The notes under the pieces are model-generated. The model saw nothing but the letters and a program-made list of their open reading frames with translations. It searched no databases and was not told where the DNA came from. A program made the position numbers and the translations under genes. Source: Felis catus (lineage: Eukaryota). Taken from it: a stretch of DNA of 64,000 nucleotides. This document shows positions 62,934 through 64,000 of this stretch, one piece after another. Location: assembly GCF_018350175.1 (NCBI RefSeq), contig NC_058368.1, forward strand, positions 61,940,001 through 62,004,000, given 5' to 3'. The stretch's first letter is position 1. Each line of letters begins with the position of its first letter.

Positions 62934-64000
62934 AAGAAAAGATGATTAAGTCAGAAAAATTTCACATCTGAATTTTTCACTTTGTAGTTTCAGGATATTG
63001 ACAAGAAAATTAATCTTTTTTCCAAATATATTTCAAAAGTTTTTAAAATTTTGTGGATTCCATGTGATAATATGCATAAGTACCTTAGCACGTCATCTGT
63101 TATAAAATATGAGCTCAATAAATTACTACCTGAAGTCAAATAAATGAGGATGATGGCGTGAATATACAGGAATATTTTCACCAAGTTTATTCAGTTATTT
63201 TCAACCATTTGAAAGATAATTGGACCAGGAGTTAGTTATAGTCTATATATACTAAAATATGTCATTACCTTTCTGAAATTCAGTATGTGGACATCTTACA
63301 TCTTGAATATGTTTAAGCACTAACAATAAAGAAAAAAAATATTACTAAACCCTGAATTATACTTGACAATTGTCCACTTTGGACTTTAGGAATTCTATTC
63401 ATGAAAGACCGTTTTAGCCACATAATTTCTCCTGATGTTTACTTTAAAAATAATGAAAGTAAGTGGGAAAATAGAATGTCCACATGGAGACTACAAATAG
63501 GGTATTGTAGGAACTGGCCGCAAGAAAAGATAAATAAGTGATGTTAATAAAAAAAGAAGAAAGAAAAAGTAGGTACATTAACTTAAGGAAGAACAAACAG
63601 TGTTCTGTAACCAAGATATGCAGAGATATTTAATAAAAGTCTAGACATGATAATGAACTCCTAAGATACCACCAAATAATTATATAGAAGCTCCAGTCAT
63701 AAAAAAGAGAGAAAACAACTTACCTTCATTATGAAGACAAATTCTGTGAAACCATTCACGTAAAGTTTTTGTCTCAACTATTAAAGAAATGCTGTGTTTG
63801 TGTGTTTTTATGTGTCTTTGATATCAGAGAGACAACCACTACCAAGAAAATGTTATTATCAGAAAATTCTCAATCTTCTGAAAGTACCAAATATGTAGTA
63901 TTTTAGCCTGGTTTAACATTAAGTTTTGTAAAAGGCTTTTGGAATGCTGGTGTTGATAAAGCCCAATGCTGCTGCAATGTCTAAATCTCACCTTACTGTG

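Noticed and set aside
1145..63184. Remaining 60-130 aa ORFs as genes
   Set aside because: They are translations of CanSINEs (e.g. AQSVKRPTSAQVMIS, ETEHERGRGRERGRH), L1 remnants or low-complexity DNA, or short chance ORFs; I see no coherent exon chain or recognisable domain.
1..64000. CRISPR arrays, operons or other prokaryotic/viral systems
   Set aside because: No regularly spaced repeat-spacer array and no long ORFs; the sequence is clearly mammalian repeat-rich DNA.

Overview
AT-rich, CpG-depleted mammalian non-coding DNA, either intergenic or inside a very long intron, almost certainly from a felid. The evidence is about 29 carnivore tRNA-derived CanSINEs of the feline SINEC_Fc type plus a feline-like L1 3' end. 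I cannot support any intact protein-coding gene. The only recognisable protein relics are a disabled processed pseudogene of ribosomal protein RPS24 (456-994, 14-bp TSD) and decayed L1 ORF2 pieces; the other ORFs in the track are repeat or low-complexity artefacts. The rest is a layered retroelement record: old L2/MIR and L1M fragments, a near-complete MLT1 (MaLR) LTR-int-LTR element, MER34-like and ERV2-like solo LTRs, and nested SINEs. I found no convincing new biological system. Most worth following up: (i) a chimeric L1 whose 3' UTR is duplicated at its own 5' end inside one 18-bp TSD (61701-62933); (ii) a recursive-splice-site or 3-nt-microexon-like motif at 44725-44770; (iii) an unexplained GC-rich island at about 7780-8072; (iv) a 6-bp-TSD solo LTR nested in an L1; (v) the RPS24 retrocopy preserving a microexon-included isoform. 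Repeat subfamily names are from remembered consensus sequences and need RepeatMasker/Dfam confirmation.
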